DNA of 63,359 nt, counting the filler, from Reticulomyxa filosa (Eukaryota > Protista > Foraminifera), in assembly GCA_000512085.1 (NCBI GenBank). It is 19 parts of 19 records of this genome, joined end to end, with 100 filler letters (N's around TTAATTAATTAA, not from the genome) between each part and the next. Parts side by side here need not be neighbours in the genome. Positions count along the whole stretch, not along the records: positions 5,701 to 14,862 come from ASPP01006868.1; positions 14,963 to 16,600 come from ASPP01027135.1; positions 16,701 to 19,717 come from ASPP01018655.1; positions 19,818 to 25,159 come from ASPP01019261.1; positions 25,260 to 28,684 come from ASPP01008105.1; 14 more parts are not named here. One strand, written 5' to 3'. Under the pieces are notes generated by a model. The model was not told where the DNA came from. It did no database searches and saw only the letters and a program-made list of their open reading frames with translations. Position numbers and translations under genes: made by a program. Shown here piece after piece: positions 12,601 to 25,290 of this stretch. Numbering within the stretch: position 1 is the stretch's first letter; each line of letters begins with the position of its first letter.

Positions 12601-12768
12601 AGAAGAAGCCAAACCGGAAGAACCAAAACCAGAGAGCGCTCAACCCAATAATGCTCAACCAGAGCAAAAATGGAAAAGAAAGCAACATCGAAAACGAAAT
12701 CCCTATTCCGACCAATGCTACTTCACAAAACACAGAAAGTCAAAAAACCAACAGAAGTCGATCATTAA
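9633..12768 (+). CDS. Hsp110/Hsp105 (Sse1/HSPA4-like) Hsp70-superfamily chaperone
   Basis: MSVVGIDLG, LRLLNETTAVAVTYG, LGARDFD, TTLNGDECVARG, RNELEAYIYDMR and QPIVTKPKP motifs. Introns 10017-10103, 11443-11523 and 12365-12484. A-run frameshifts near 11775, 12668 and 12745. Probable C-terminus PTEVDH*. Confidence 0.93.
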
Positions 12769-14776
12769 AGGGGAGCGAAAATCACTTACCATCCCCAAAA
12801 AAAAGCTTCGGGGATGTTCATGCCTTATTTTTTTATTTATGTTTTTATTATTTTTATTTATTTTTGCGTGTTTGGTACTTAAAACAAAACTTGGGCTGCC
12901 GAAGATATTAAAATTTTGAAATTAGCCTTTTGTCTTGCTCCCCTTTTTTTTTTTTTGCTTTGAGTTTGTCCTTCTGATGCGCTCGTATTTTTCCTGGACA
13001 AACAGATGTTGTTGGAAAATCTCACGTTTGTTTTGTTTGGTCAATTTTGATGTCCGCATTTGAAGAAAAAAAAAGAAAATCTTTTGCCGAATTACTTTGA
13101 CGTCTCTGATTTGTGCCCATTTCCATAAAACTGCAATTTGTCATGTTTTTATTTTATGCAAAAAGCATTATCTTCGGTGAATTGTAATTTCGATTACAAC
13201 ATTTCAAAATTATGGGAGTAACACGCTTTCGTTAAAATATCGCGGTTTGTGTTTTGCATTTAAATTCATACACTTGTTCAAGGAACTAGATTTTGACTTT
13301 CAAATCAAATTGATGGAGCCGTGGACACGACGAACACTTTGGGTAAAATTCTGATGTTTTTTCCAACAAGACTTGTATAAGTACAACTTTCATTTTTTTG
13401 TTACAAAATAAAAACGCAGTCACACATCCCTTTTTTTAGAATAAAATTGATACGTACAAATATTGTATTGCAGTTACCTGACAATAGATTTGTTTTCAGA
13501 TATAGAACTCCAAATCTAAAAAGATGTTCGAATTTTTTATCAACGTGTAAGTTTTTAGATTTAACGATTTTTGTTTGATATTAAAATAAAATTTTGATTT
13601 CCAAAATCAAATTTTTTTCATTTAATCAAAATTCGTTTCAAGCAACTAGCAATTCTAATTATTTTCCGCAAGGCGTTGCTAACGTTGCCTTCATTATCTT
13701 GAATTTTTGCATGTCAAACTATTTTTAAAACATATATTTCGATTTTTATAAATTAAACAAAAAAAGATAAACTTACACTTAAATAGTTCCACATCGTAAA
13801 CGCAATAATATCAACTTTCTTTATTAATCTAAACATTTAATTTTTTTTAGCATAGAAAGAAAATCTGACATCAATGGACGGTTTATATAGTATAAAATAT
13901 ATTTGCAATATATATAGTGTGGCATTTTGTTTCAACAATACAGTTACATAATAATAATTAATACACAAATATAAATATTTTATTTTTATATATTTTTTTT
14001 AAGATAGTTTTTATTACAAAAAAACTTACTGTAAAAAAAAATACAACTTACATTTATATTGCTCCAAGTCATAATATAATTGACAATATCATCATAATTT
14101 CTTTTTGGATACTATACTTGATTAATATTATGCAATTAACTAATTGTTTTTAATTAAGTATTGATATGTGGAGACTACTTCATTGTGTTTTGTATATTGT
14201 CATTATGTCAAAAGTCACGTAATTGTTTTTACAGTCAACGTTTCCACAAATAATTCAAATAAACAAATATTCATAGTTTAATTTGAGTCGACATTTTTTA
14301 TCTGATTATAATGAAACAAAACAGACAGTAGTTTTTTTTCAAGAATATTATCTACTTGACCCCTGAGCTTTGTGTTTGAAAGATATAAACTGTTTACTTC
14401 TGCTTGTGATAAATGATCAAGCTTCTAATTGAAATTACATAAGAATTTACTTGAAATTTAACTTAAAGACAATATTTTATATAACTTTTTCCAAATTGTA
14501 GTTCTTTTTTTTGCTTAATATAATCTTAGTCCATGAAGAACATTTTTGCCGAAACTGCAAGTCAAATTGAAAAAGTGTTGTCGTGAAGCATCACAATCGC
14601 CTTAATTTAATACTCTTGTTCTTCATTTTGTAAAGCTTGATTTATACTGTCTTTTAATATTTTGATTTGTCGTAAAAACCATTGTTTGATGTAATTTGGA
14701 GCTGTGCTTGCATTCACATACGAGTTACCAAATTGTTTTAATTTCTTCCAAATCAAAAAAAAAAGTTATTAAAAAA

Positions 14777-14862
14777 TCAATATCATATTCAAAAACTACA
14801 AGACTTGTAGATATTTTTAAAAAAAAAATTAGTTCTAAATGTTGATTTTTCATTGATAAAAT
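14777..14862 (+). repeat. 86-bp sequence shared (inverted) with 60322-60408, central palindrome CTACAAG-A-CTTGTAG
   Basis: Reverse complement of the last 87 bp of the contig ending at 60408, with three substitutions plus homopolymer length differences. Confidence 0.9.
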
Positions 14863-14962
14863 NNNNNNNNNNNNNNNNNNNNNNNNNNNNNNNNNNNNNN
14901 NNNNNNTTAATTAATTAANNNNNNNNNNNNNNNNNNNNNNNNNNNNNNNNNNNNNNNNNNNN

Positions 14963-15206
14963 CGACGGCTTGCAAACGCCTTTGACTGCTATTCCCATGG
15001 CCACACATCTCCTCAGTGGACTTACTGCCAACACCGTCAACTCAAACTATACTCCAGGCTCGAATACGCAATATGATTTCGCTGCCCCAAAAAAATTCAA
15101 CGAACAAAAAAATGCATTGTCCAAAATGCCTCACTTTCCAATGGGCGAACCTTCATTCGGTACCATGGAGCATTTGCTTTTGGCTGGCAATGCGCCTCAC
15201 GAATAA
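14963..15206 (+). CDS. Hypothetical protein, C-terminal fragment
   Basis: Open frame from the contig start with coding-like composition, followed by an AT-rich UTR; no recognisable motif. Confidence 0.4.
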
Positions 15207-16246
15207 TATTCGCCCTTCTCGAAGTCAGGCTTTCTTCAATTATACTGTATCAGCTGTTACTGTTTATAGGGTCCATTGAGCAAAATCTTCCGATATATTT
15301 CATATATTTTATGTTGTGCTTATGCATTTCACAATATTTGCTTACATATTTTGTAACAAAAAAACATGTTCTTGCTCAGATGTTTTTTTTTGAATGAATA
15401 TTTTGTATTGTTTGGATAATTATTTCATTTTTGGATCCGGGATTTTAATTGATTGGACTATGTACAATCAAATTATTATTTGTTTGTTTGAAATTCTGAC
15501 GTTCAACATGTAAAACATTTTCTCACAAATATTTCCTCCAAATTTTTTTTTTGGATAAAAAGTAAACCACGTCAATACTTTTAACGAAAAAACCCAAATA
15601 AGAACAGCACTTTTAATGAAATTACTGAGAGGACAAGAAAAGCACAAACTTAAAAATGTTTTAGCTTTGTTGATTTGTTGGATTTTCTTGAGAAGGATAT
15701 TTTTTGTTTCCTTCAGCCAAAACTTTTTAAAATCAAACTGTTTGCAACAAAAAATGGTTTTCATTTTGTCATGTACTGTTTGTCGGGAAAGTTGGGCTTA
15801 TTCTTGCTGGTGTTTGAAAAAAATTCTTTAAATTTCAATTTAGAGGTCAGAAACTTTGACTTATGAGTACGATTGAGTGTGAAGATCGAAATACAAATGT
15901 CTGAATTTCGCAATGGACGATTTTCTGAAACTCCCTCTAAGCTTATTGTTGTTTTACGGATTATTGACGAACTTTTTTTGTGCTTGCAGTGCTGGAGAAA
16001 GTTAATGGCAATCAAGTCTTTCTAAGATATCAATCTAAAAAGAAAGAAGGGGTATATTTTTCTTTATTTTTTTTCCTCTCTGTTAGTAACTGTTAATTCC
16101 GTACAATTTTCGAACGATGGTTGTTGCCTGGAGATACATTTTAACATAAGATTGAAATTGACTACTTATGCGAAATCACTTTCGAGTACCTCCTTATGTG
16201 AGCATCTTTTTCCTAAACATTACGCTTCACAATTACTTGGCTCTAA

Positions 16247-16600
16247 ATGTCTGCTCTACACAAACTGAGGCAACTGTTAGTTGTTTTAGCCAGCACTTCG
16301 AACGTAGGAATCGATGATTATCTCACATTCGCACCAAGTAGTTACATAGAAAGTGCTGAGTTTCCTAAAAGTGCATACTCTTTCTCAAATAACAACTCGG
16401 TTAATATAACGTGTGATTTCCCGAAAAATCCATTTTCGCCAAAAATTATTACTACATCGCCCTATACAATTGGCCTGTGCAAGGATGTCATCATTGACAG
16501 TCGGGCCTCGAGATACGTCGGGTTCCGAGGAGCTACGTATTCATGGAGCTCCTCCAAATTCAACCTTGGTGGATACGTCACAAATAAACCAATTTTATTT
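16247..16600 (+). CDS. Hypothetical protein fragment
   Basis: 118 open codons to the contig end; no family recognised. Confidence 0.35.
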
Positions 16601-16783
16601 NNNNNNNNNNNNNNNNNNNNNNNNNNNNNNNNNNNNNNNNNNNNTTAATTAATTAANNNNNNNNNNNNNNNNNNNNNNNNNNNNNNNNNNNNNNNNNNNN
16701 TTTTTTTTTTGCAACATACTGTATATTAAAAAGTTTATTTTGTTTGATGTTGTTTGTAGCAAATATAGAACTTTTTTTGGAAG

Positions 16784-17018
16784 TGTAGTACAAGTCCATA
16801 TTCTAAATGTTTGAACTCAGGAGGACCCGAGGAACCTCCAGTGGGTTAAACTTCCTTTACAACCTTCTTCACTTTGCCTTGTTTTGTTTTCCTCTTTTTC
16901 GTGTCATTTCTCTTTAATTTGTTTTAATTTACTTGTTTGTTGACAATCAGGCTCTTTGAGCAAAAAAGCACTTTCGTATTACATTTAGTGCGAACTCTTT
17001 TCTGGCTGACGTCTTACA
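16784..17018 (+). mobile_element. Solo-LTR-like dispersed repeat, copy 1
   Basis: TGTAG...TTACA termini; colinear with the reverse complement of 50571-50798 (e.g. AGTGGGyTAAA, TTCGTATTACATTTAGT, GCTGACGTC); flanks GAAG/AAAG. Confidence 0.6.
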
Positions 17019-18420
17019 AAAGCAAACTTTTCGTACTACACTTCAAGAGGCAGGCCCTCTACAAGTTCTTAAACCAAACATATGTCCGAATTGACAACGA
17101 TTGAATGCTTCAAAACTTACCAACTATGATATGTAAAATTGTTACAAGAGTAACCAACCGAATTGTATCATAAGAAATGGCTGCAGTATTGTTACTGATA
17201 GAACGTTTCTGTCATATTATCAAAATGTTCTTCCAAATTTTGTGCATGAGAATAAGAAAAAAATGGCAGACAAAAGAGTCTTTTATAAATCCAATTTTTG
17301 TACGAATTGTCGACATAAAAATAACCTAAAAACGCCTCATTAAAATAGTAATCAGAAAACTATTCTATTAAGACAAAAAAATAATTGCAAAATCTTAATT
17401 TTGAAACATGGAATAAATCGAAACAGTATTTAAAAACTAATATTTTGAAGAAAAGTTTAAATAGTTTCATCAACGTTGAAATCAATTGATTTTTTTGTTT
17501 TTGGGCGAATGTGCATCTCACGCAGTGAAAAGTGTATTATTCCAATTAAAGATGTGTTCTGAGGGATTGTACGTTTTGTCTTTTAGAAAACAGCAATTGA
17601 TCAAAAAAAAAATTAAGAAAAAGTAGTGATAAAAAGTAAAAAGAAATAAAAGAAAAAACATCAAAAAGAAAAAAGATATACGTGAATAATACTGAAAAAA
17701 GAAAAATAATGTTTAAAAAATAAAATATGATGATATAGGAAAAAAAATCATAAAAAATGAAAAAGTTACAGGAAAAAAGGAAAATAAACAAAATTAAAAA
17801 TTTAATGTCATCATTACAGTAGTTCACATGAAAAACTCTAGCAAAAAATAACAAGAATGAAGAAAAAATAAAGAAAGTAAAAATGCATAACGAATCCAAT
17901 ATTGAGAAATCAAAGATTTACATAATTTATTTTATTATTGATATCTGTTTTGAACAGGAATATCAAAAACGAGAACAATTAACTTGGTCTTCAGCATTTT
18001 ATTTTTTGTTTTACAGTGCTATTTCATTAAGCGATGTGCTGTCAACTTAAAGATAAGTATTGTACAAAACGCTTGATCCACCTGTTGGAATTAAAAAAAA
18101 CCCGACAATTGTGTTTTTTGTAAGTTTGGTAACGCAATTGAATCCTTGATTATATCATCCTCCAAAGGAAGTGTAATATTGTTGCACTGGTGAAGGATTT
18201 ATCGTGACTATGTCCAACAAGTTTTGAGTAGTTTTTGCAATATATATATTTTTTCCAACGTAACAGAAACAACCAAACTACGCACATAATCTGTAGAGAG
18301 AACGAATCTAGCACACGTCGTAAACATGTTTAGCAATAGTTTCTGCGGACTTTTTTTTTGCGGGGCTCTTTTTTTTTCCCTTCAGTTTTTGTAATTATCG
18401 CCAAAGGAAGAGAAAGCAAA

Positions 18421-19717
18421 AATGATGAATGTTGTGAAAGGCAGTGAATGAGTTGGTAGCCACGGAAGAGACATATGTTGAATTATTGACAAAGTTGCTG
18501 GCAAACTATGTGTTATCGTTACCAGCAAAGAATATAATCAGCAGTGACGATATAAAGGTGCTGTTCCCAGACCCCGATATTTCCCAAATTCGAAAGTACA
18601 ATCTCAACTTCTTCGCTGCTTTGAAAAAGCGAATGGAAAAATTTGACAACAATACCACGAAAATTGGAGACATTATTTTACAATTTGTACCATTTTTCAA
18701 AATTTATCAACAGTTCGATGAAGCACTCTTTCGTTTGTTTTGACCGTTTCTTCCAAAAAAAAAAAAAAAATTGGAAATATGGGAAAGGAGTGAAGGGGAG
18801 AACCAAAAAAATTGACCTTTGAACATTCGCTCCACTTTTTTTTTTTTAACAGTTATTGCAATAACTATGAAAACGCAAGCGAACGGTTAAAACAACTCAG
18901 AAAAAAAAATCGTGAAGTTTAGTTGATGATACAAAAAAAAAAAAAAGTTTATTCAAATTTTTTTTTGGAGTGGAAAAAAAAAAAAAGGGATCAATTGTAC
19001 ATGGATATGGGGTGGTGTACAGTTTGTGGATTTTGTGGATTCGATTCAAAAACAAGACAATGACTTGCGTATAGAAAGGTAAACAAAAAATATATATGTA
19101 TATATGTGTATATTGAAGATGGAGTACTGCAATGTGCACATGCTTCACACAGTTTGCTGATATTGCCAATCCAGAGAATCACCCGTTACAAGATGATCCT
19201 CCAAGAAGTCGTTAAGTATACTGACTCCAATCATCCCGACTGCCAATCGTTGCAGCAATCTTTGACTAAGACAGATGAAGTTACTCCGTTTTCTTTTTTT
19301 TGAAAAAAAAAGGGGGAGGAAAGAGAGAGAATGTCAATCAAAATGACACTCTAAATTGACAGTTGGCGACGATAGTGAACCAGCGAATGGCGAAGCACTT
19401 AAACTTTGAGAAGGCGATGAAAAATATTGCTGACGTTGGATGCTTCCTGCACCCCACACGATACATTATTTTGGAGGCTAGTTTTTGTAAATTGAAAGCC
19501 GATTCGGAGCGGCGTCTCCACTTCTTCTTGTGCAATGACTGCTTGGTCTATGGTTCGAAATCACGCAATGAAATGGGTGTGCTGACTATTGACTCTGCTT
19601 TTGACATCAGAGACAGTCAGTTCAAGGATAATCGCCATCCCAACTTACTTCAGGTTTTTGTTTTTAAATTTCTTCTGTTTTTGCAAAGCCCATCATAAAG
19701 TCTTTTTTTTTTTTTTT
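18421..19717 (+). CDS. RhoGEF (DH-PH) protein, partial, multi-exon
   Basis: NELVATEETYV, IGDIILQFVPFFKIYQQ|YCNNYENA, LLILPIQRITRYKMILQEVVKYT...HPD and a PH-type RRLHFFLCNDCLVY segment; several homopolymer-rich introns. Confidence 0.9.
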
Positions 19718-19831
19718 NNNNNNNNNNNNNNNNNNNNNNNNNNNNNNNNNNNNNNNNNNNNTTAATTAATTAANNNNNNNNNNNNNNNNNNNNNNNNNNN
19801 NNNNNNNNNNNNNNNNNAAAAAAAAAAAAAT

Positions 19832-20446
19832 TTAGGTGCAATTGTATATCGTCCATGCTATCCCCATTGGCACTCGTCGACAGCGTCGTGTGTAAAGTTT
19901 TATACGCGACACTTTGTGAAGAAAGGCATAGATTATTTCAGAATGTATTTTGTGATTCACTTGGGCGCTTGTTTGTATGGCCAGTTTGCGAAGAGAAAGG
20001 CCACGCGAAAAGAGAAGGTGAAAGAGGACGGTAGCAATCGTGTGGACGATCTGTTGGGCTCCGTGGAGCGCGTCCTCATATCTACGATACGTTCTTGTCT
20101 TTATTTGAGCACGTTTCAGAATCTGGCCAAGTTGTTGCAGTGCTGGACTCGCCATGTCTTGCAAAGGGAACCCATTTGGCTCGGTCCTGCTTGCTTTGCC
20201 ATTGGGGGCACCGCCGCTGGCTTTTGGGAGCCTTTTAATCGACGGATGCAACTACTTCATTTCATGGCTGTTCATGTCTTGAAGGTGTGGGGGAGAAAGG
20301 CCGATCAGTTTGCTCACTTTCAACAACTCCCTTTTCTTGGCTGTCTGGCCCGTCATTGGTCTGTTGTCCTTTTTCAACTCACTTTGTTTCTTTGGTGTAA
20401 AGTCGTGCAGTTTTTCAATAGTATCAATCGCATTGGTGTTTTGCAT
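19832..20446 (-). CDS. Hypothetical or disrupted coding segment
   Basis: Two same-frame ORFs separated by a single TAG at 20252-20254; coding-like GC content; no family recognised. Confidence 0.3.
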
Positions 20447-20872
20447 AACTCATGGGTCCCTTTTTTTTTGGGGCCTCTTACGCATTAAACTAGCTTTATT
20501 CTTATAAATTTTTTATCTATTTTTTTTTTTTTTTCTTTTTTGGAGGAAGGAATGAAAGAAAGAGAAAGAATTTTTTTCTATCTTTCTTTTTTTTTTTTTT
20601 TTTTGAATCTTTGTGCCCCTCTTTTGACTGTTTTCCAAAAAAAAAATAAATAAATGCCAATTTGCACTGATATCAGTTTGTTGTTATTATTATTCTTCTT
20701 TTTTTTTTTTTGGAAAATTGTTTACTTGGAACAAAGTGATTAACTAAAACTTACTTTTATCATTTCTGCAAAAAAAAGATTCAATTTCCATAACACAGAA
20801 GTAAAAACTAGTTTGTTTTTTTTTAGGTCCGCATAAAACACTGTAGAGTTGAAATAATTATGAGATAGTATT

Positions 20873-22570
20873 CTACAGTTCTGAGCGAGTACTCAACACA
20901 ACATTTACAGTTGGTGATTTATTTAATTTTATAAGTAGTTCTTTCAATATATGTTCTTTGTCTTCCAATGACAGTTCAGTCAAACGAATTTTATTTGGAT
21001 TAATCTTTTTCAGATTTTCGCTCTTTAGGCTATTTTTCTCAATGTGTTCATTATCCCTTTCTTTTAAAGCTCTCCCGTGTTGTTTTGTAATGTATGGATA
21101 TTTTTCCAATCTGTTTAGGTGTTCTGCTTGTTTCTCTAATGCTATCTGTTGGAATTGAAACAAATGATTTAGTATTTTGCTTTTGCATTTTCTCGGAAAA
21201 ATTTTATTGGCTGAAAACGTAGTAAAATCTTTTTTCACAAAAAAAAAAGGGGCTTATGGCACAAACTTTAATTTTGACTTCTTGCAAGGCCTCATGAAAA
21301 AATTGTTCCATTTCAGTCCGCTGGAACATCAATTGATTTGCTAATTTTCTAAAATGTTTCAATTGATGGGTTATTAATTGCAGTTGTTTTGCTTGGCTGT
21401 CGACAGTTCCTTTACTGGCTAACAATTCCTTTGAGTTTTTTTCTTCCAAAGATTTTTTTGTGTTGTCCCAATGTTGATATTCTTTAATTGTCTCTTGAGC
21501 AACAGCGACCTCTTTTGTCAATGCTTCTATTATTTGTTTGTCCATTACTGCCTTTTTACATTGCTCCAAATTTGTATCTTTTATTAGCGTCAGTTCCTGG
21601 TTCAACTTTTTAACTAACAATAAATTGTTTTCATTGAGCAAATTAATAAAAATATTAATTAAGATCTAATTATTCTCCCTTTTAATTTATTAGTGGATAG
21701 ATTTTCAAACCTTTTTCATGTAACTCTTGATTTTCATTGTGCAGCCTAGAGGTTACCTCCACGTGAAATAATAAATCTTCTTGCATCTGCTTATTATTTT
21801 GACGCAATTGACGTGATTCAGCGTCGATCTCTTGTTCCAAAATATCACGAGCATGCTGTCTTACTTCTTTTAACTCCTTTGACAGCGTTTGTCGCAGCCG
21901 TTGTGTGTCAATTGCATGCTTGCTTTGGAAGGCTTCTAATGAAACTTGAAATTTTTTAGCTTGTGCTTCAATAGTGGTTTTTGCTGCAAATAAGGCAGTT
22001 TCTAGATCTTCTTTATTGTCTTTGATATAGTTCAAACGCTCTAACTCTTTTTGTTGTGAATCCACTTTTTGCTGTGTTGCATTTCTAATTGTTCTAATTG
22101 TTGTCGAAATTCGTTTTGCAGGTTTGAAATTATTGCATTTTCTTTCATAGAAAAACTCTCAATTTCTTTTTTCATTGTTATATTTTCGCCCTAAGCAAAA
22201 TTTTAAAAGTAAAACGATCAATTGTAATGAAGGTCTCCCTTTTTAGAAAGAAAAAAATGACATGCTTGAAGTTTTCTAGTTGTGTCATCCTTCTGATTGA
22301 TTTCACTTTTGAGAAATAATATTCTCTCAATGACATGTATGTCATGTTTGAGGAAGTAATCTTTCAGTTTGTCAATGAGACGATTGTCGAGATCTTGTTT
22401 GACTCTCGCGGCTTCCAACTCAAGCAGTAGTTGTTTAAACTGTGATTGTTCCAACAAGCTAAATTCTTTTTTGATTGTCTTGTTTTCGGCATTCCTTCAA
22501 AAAAGTAGATAATGAGCCGGTTGTAGATGTGGTTAACTTTTAAATTTAGTTGTCTCACCGTTGGACTCAT
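20873..22570 (-). CDS. BBOF1: Basal body orientation factor 1 (CCDC176)-like coiled-coil protein
   Basis: LKHFRKLANQLMFQRTEMEQFFHEALQEVK and C-terminal KIRLTELSLEDKEHILKELLIKLN match BBOF1 conserved blocks. Several introns; A-run frameshifts near 22068 and 22470; start at 22570 or 22492. Confidence 0.78.
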
Positions 22571-22767
22571 AAATTTTTTTGATTAGAAAAATTGAAAATT
22601 TTTGTGAAGTTAACAATTGATGAATTTTAATTGTACTTTTTCAATAGTCCACAATTCATTTTTTAAAAAATGAAAACAAAGATGAGTTTTTGTTTTTTTT
22701 AAAAAAAATAATAAAAAATTAAAATTTTTTAATTTTAATTTATAAATTTAAAAATTAAATAAGAACT

Positions 22768-24064
22768 TCAATGAACATGAAACAATTGCTCAGTTGTCAA
22801 TGGACTATCTTTGGGCATTTGTTCAACAGCCAAACCTAAATAATGATCAAACACAGGGGGTGCATCTTTTTCTTTGCCAGCAGCAGCGCAATATTTGTGC
22901 AAGGTTCCATCGCCAATTACCTCAACCTTTTCAGGTTGCCGTGCAACGCTGTTTTGTTGTTGCGCTCTGTTGCTGGCACGAGGCATTTGGCCTTCACTTT
23001 TTAAAGAGTGACCTTGCATTGTTTCGTCCCTATGCTCCTCCGTCTTCTTTCTTTCGATCTTCACTCCAAAAGTGGGGTTTTTGCAATATACTTGCCACAA
23101 GCTCAGTAACTCTTTATAAACTTGCTCCAACTTTGTGATCGGATCTACTCGAAAGCCAAGTATATACCCACCACTGATCGCCACTGGTTTCAATCACTAA
23201 TGCCATTCCAAATTTGCTATTCTTTGTGCTTATATTTTTCTTTTTTTTTTTTTTTTTGGAGGGAGTATGTTATTGTTTGTTTGTTTGTTTGTTTTGTGGA
23301 GTCACTACTTTTTTTTTGTGGAGTGCACGTATGTGTATACGTATGTGCAAGGATTATTAACGATTTGTATGTAAGGCAAGGAAACGTTGAAATTATTTGC
23401 CAAATTGGCAAACCAAACAATTCGAACATTTGTCATAATGAAAGTGCCCAAGCTTCCTTGCTCACAAGACAAATTCCAGATTCCGTTAGTTTCGTTGATG
23501 ATCTCTTCGTCCGGTAGTAGTATAAGCTGCTGTTTGTGCAAGGTGCTGCTACCAAAGGATTGACTGCTATTCATGGTTACCCCTCTCAACTTTAAATCGC
23601 GATATAATTTGCTTGTCTCATAAGCTCGGATAATCGACTGAACGGAGCCAAATATTGCACCGATTTTTTAACCGGTGAAGTAAAGATAAATTCAAAACGC
23701 GTTTCATTGTGTTTCGCCACAACAAAGAGTGCCTCCGTAACACCGCGCATTTTGAAGTGATTTGTGCGAATGTATGTATTGAGCACGCAGTTGTAGCCAA
23801 TACTCAAATTTATTTTCAGTCCTATTCGATCGCCATATCAAACGTAAGTTTGTCACACGCAATTCACCTGCCTCTCCATTGTTCCCTTTTGTGTCTTCTA
23901 CATTGCTGATCTTCTCTGTTTCAAACTCTCCATTAATAATTTCCAAATCACTATTCATGTTCGTACGCACTTTTTTTTTTTCCTTCGGTTTTTACACAAA
24001 TACTCCTTGCACACCTAACGTTGCGGTCAAATCTTATTTCTCGATCTTGCCAAATTCCGGTCAT
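22768..24064 (-). CDS. BBS5: Bardet-Biedl syndrome 5 protein (BBSome subunit)
   Basis: MTGIWQDREIRFD, EDTKGNNG, TNLRLIW, RFEFIFT, RAYETSKLYRDLKLRG, GIWNLSCEQGSLGTFIMTNVRIVWFA, SGGYILGFRVDP and LGLAVE motifs; introns; frameshifts near 23815 and 23667. Confidence 0.95.
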
Positions 24065-24574
24065 CGTCCTGAAGACTTTGAGATGATTATTATTATTATA
24101 AATGCTCCCTTTTCACTACCTTAAAGTGACGTCACGCGTATTCTCAGAGATTTTTTAAAATTATTTGTTTGTTTATTTAAGAAGAAAAAGTATTTGGCGT
24201 TTTAAAATAAAAAAGTTAGCAGCCAAAAATAAAGTAGTAGCAGAAGAAGTCTTTTGAAAACAACCACATATTTCAATGTGGGTCTTTCATTGACTATCAC
24301 CTTTATTTTTTCCCTTCAACGTGAATAATTCACACTGATTGAAAAGTTTTTGACTTGCATAAAAAAAACCGTGGATTTGTGCTGTCTCCATAATTATTGA
24401 AAAGTAAAGTGTTTGTTTGAAACAGGCACACGTATCCATGTAAACCGCGTGCACACTTGCAAAAAGCTTTTGTCGTTCCTCTTTTTTTTTTTCCTCAAAG
24501 GACGGTATTAGGTTAAAAAAGATAAATAACACAAGCATTGTTAAATGTTTTGTTGCTGCAATGATTCATCCACA

Positions 24575-24945
24575 GATGGAGTGAATTTACATGACATTGA
24601 TAGTGATGCCATTTGGCTAAAGCACGACAGGAGCGTACGAAAACACAAGGACTATCAGACATTGCGTATACTAGCAAGAGGGGTTGTAACAAGTCCGACC
24701 GGCGACTGCTTTGGATCAAAGCGACAAATGCAAGTGAGAAAGACATGCAAGGATATAAAGATTTGGCAAAAACATTGTTTGAAGGAATAGAAATGCACGA
24801 CTTTCCACAATTTCCAATGTTTGGTAGCAAATGTCGTTTCAAAACGTTGTCCGCCGAAAAGAAATATAGTGTGCGAAAAATATTGGTTGTATTGGCAGTG
24901 GAGCATGACTCATTGCACTACTGTCCACAAATTCCATTTGTTGTA
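24575..24945 (+). CDS. TBC (Rab-GAP) domain protein, TBC1D24-like, partial
   Basis: LRILA(K)RG..SDRRLLWIKAT...PMFG...VRKILVVLA....LHYCPQIPF; one frameshift near 24676; intron and contig end follow. Confidence 0.65.
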
Positions 24946-25259
24946 GTTACAGCCCCTTTTTTTTTTTTTTTCCTTCACATCCAACAACGTTAATAATGAC
25001 AACCGCAAAAAAAAAAAAAAAAAATGTGAGCGACCGGTCTCCAAACAATCAACCAAATAAAAAAAAAAACTTATAAAAATTTTAAACATACCTTTTTTTG
25101 TGGATCGTTATTTTTTTTTTTTTTTTTGATGGGGAAGCTAAGACTGAATCGAAATCAAANNNNNNNNNNNNNNNNNNNNNNNNNNNNNNNNNNNNNNNNN
25201 NNNTTAATTAATTAANNNNNNNNNNNNNNNNNNNNNNNNNNNNNNNNNNNNNNNNNNNN

Positions 25260-25290
<31 letters not shown>

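Noticed and set aside
17546-17899. Phe-rich 117-aa ORF
   Set aside because: Reverse of an A-rich, stop-riddled relic; no credible protein.
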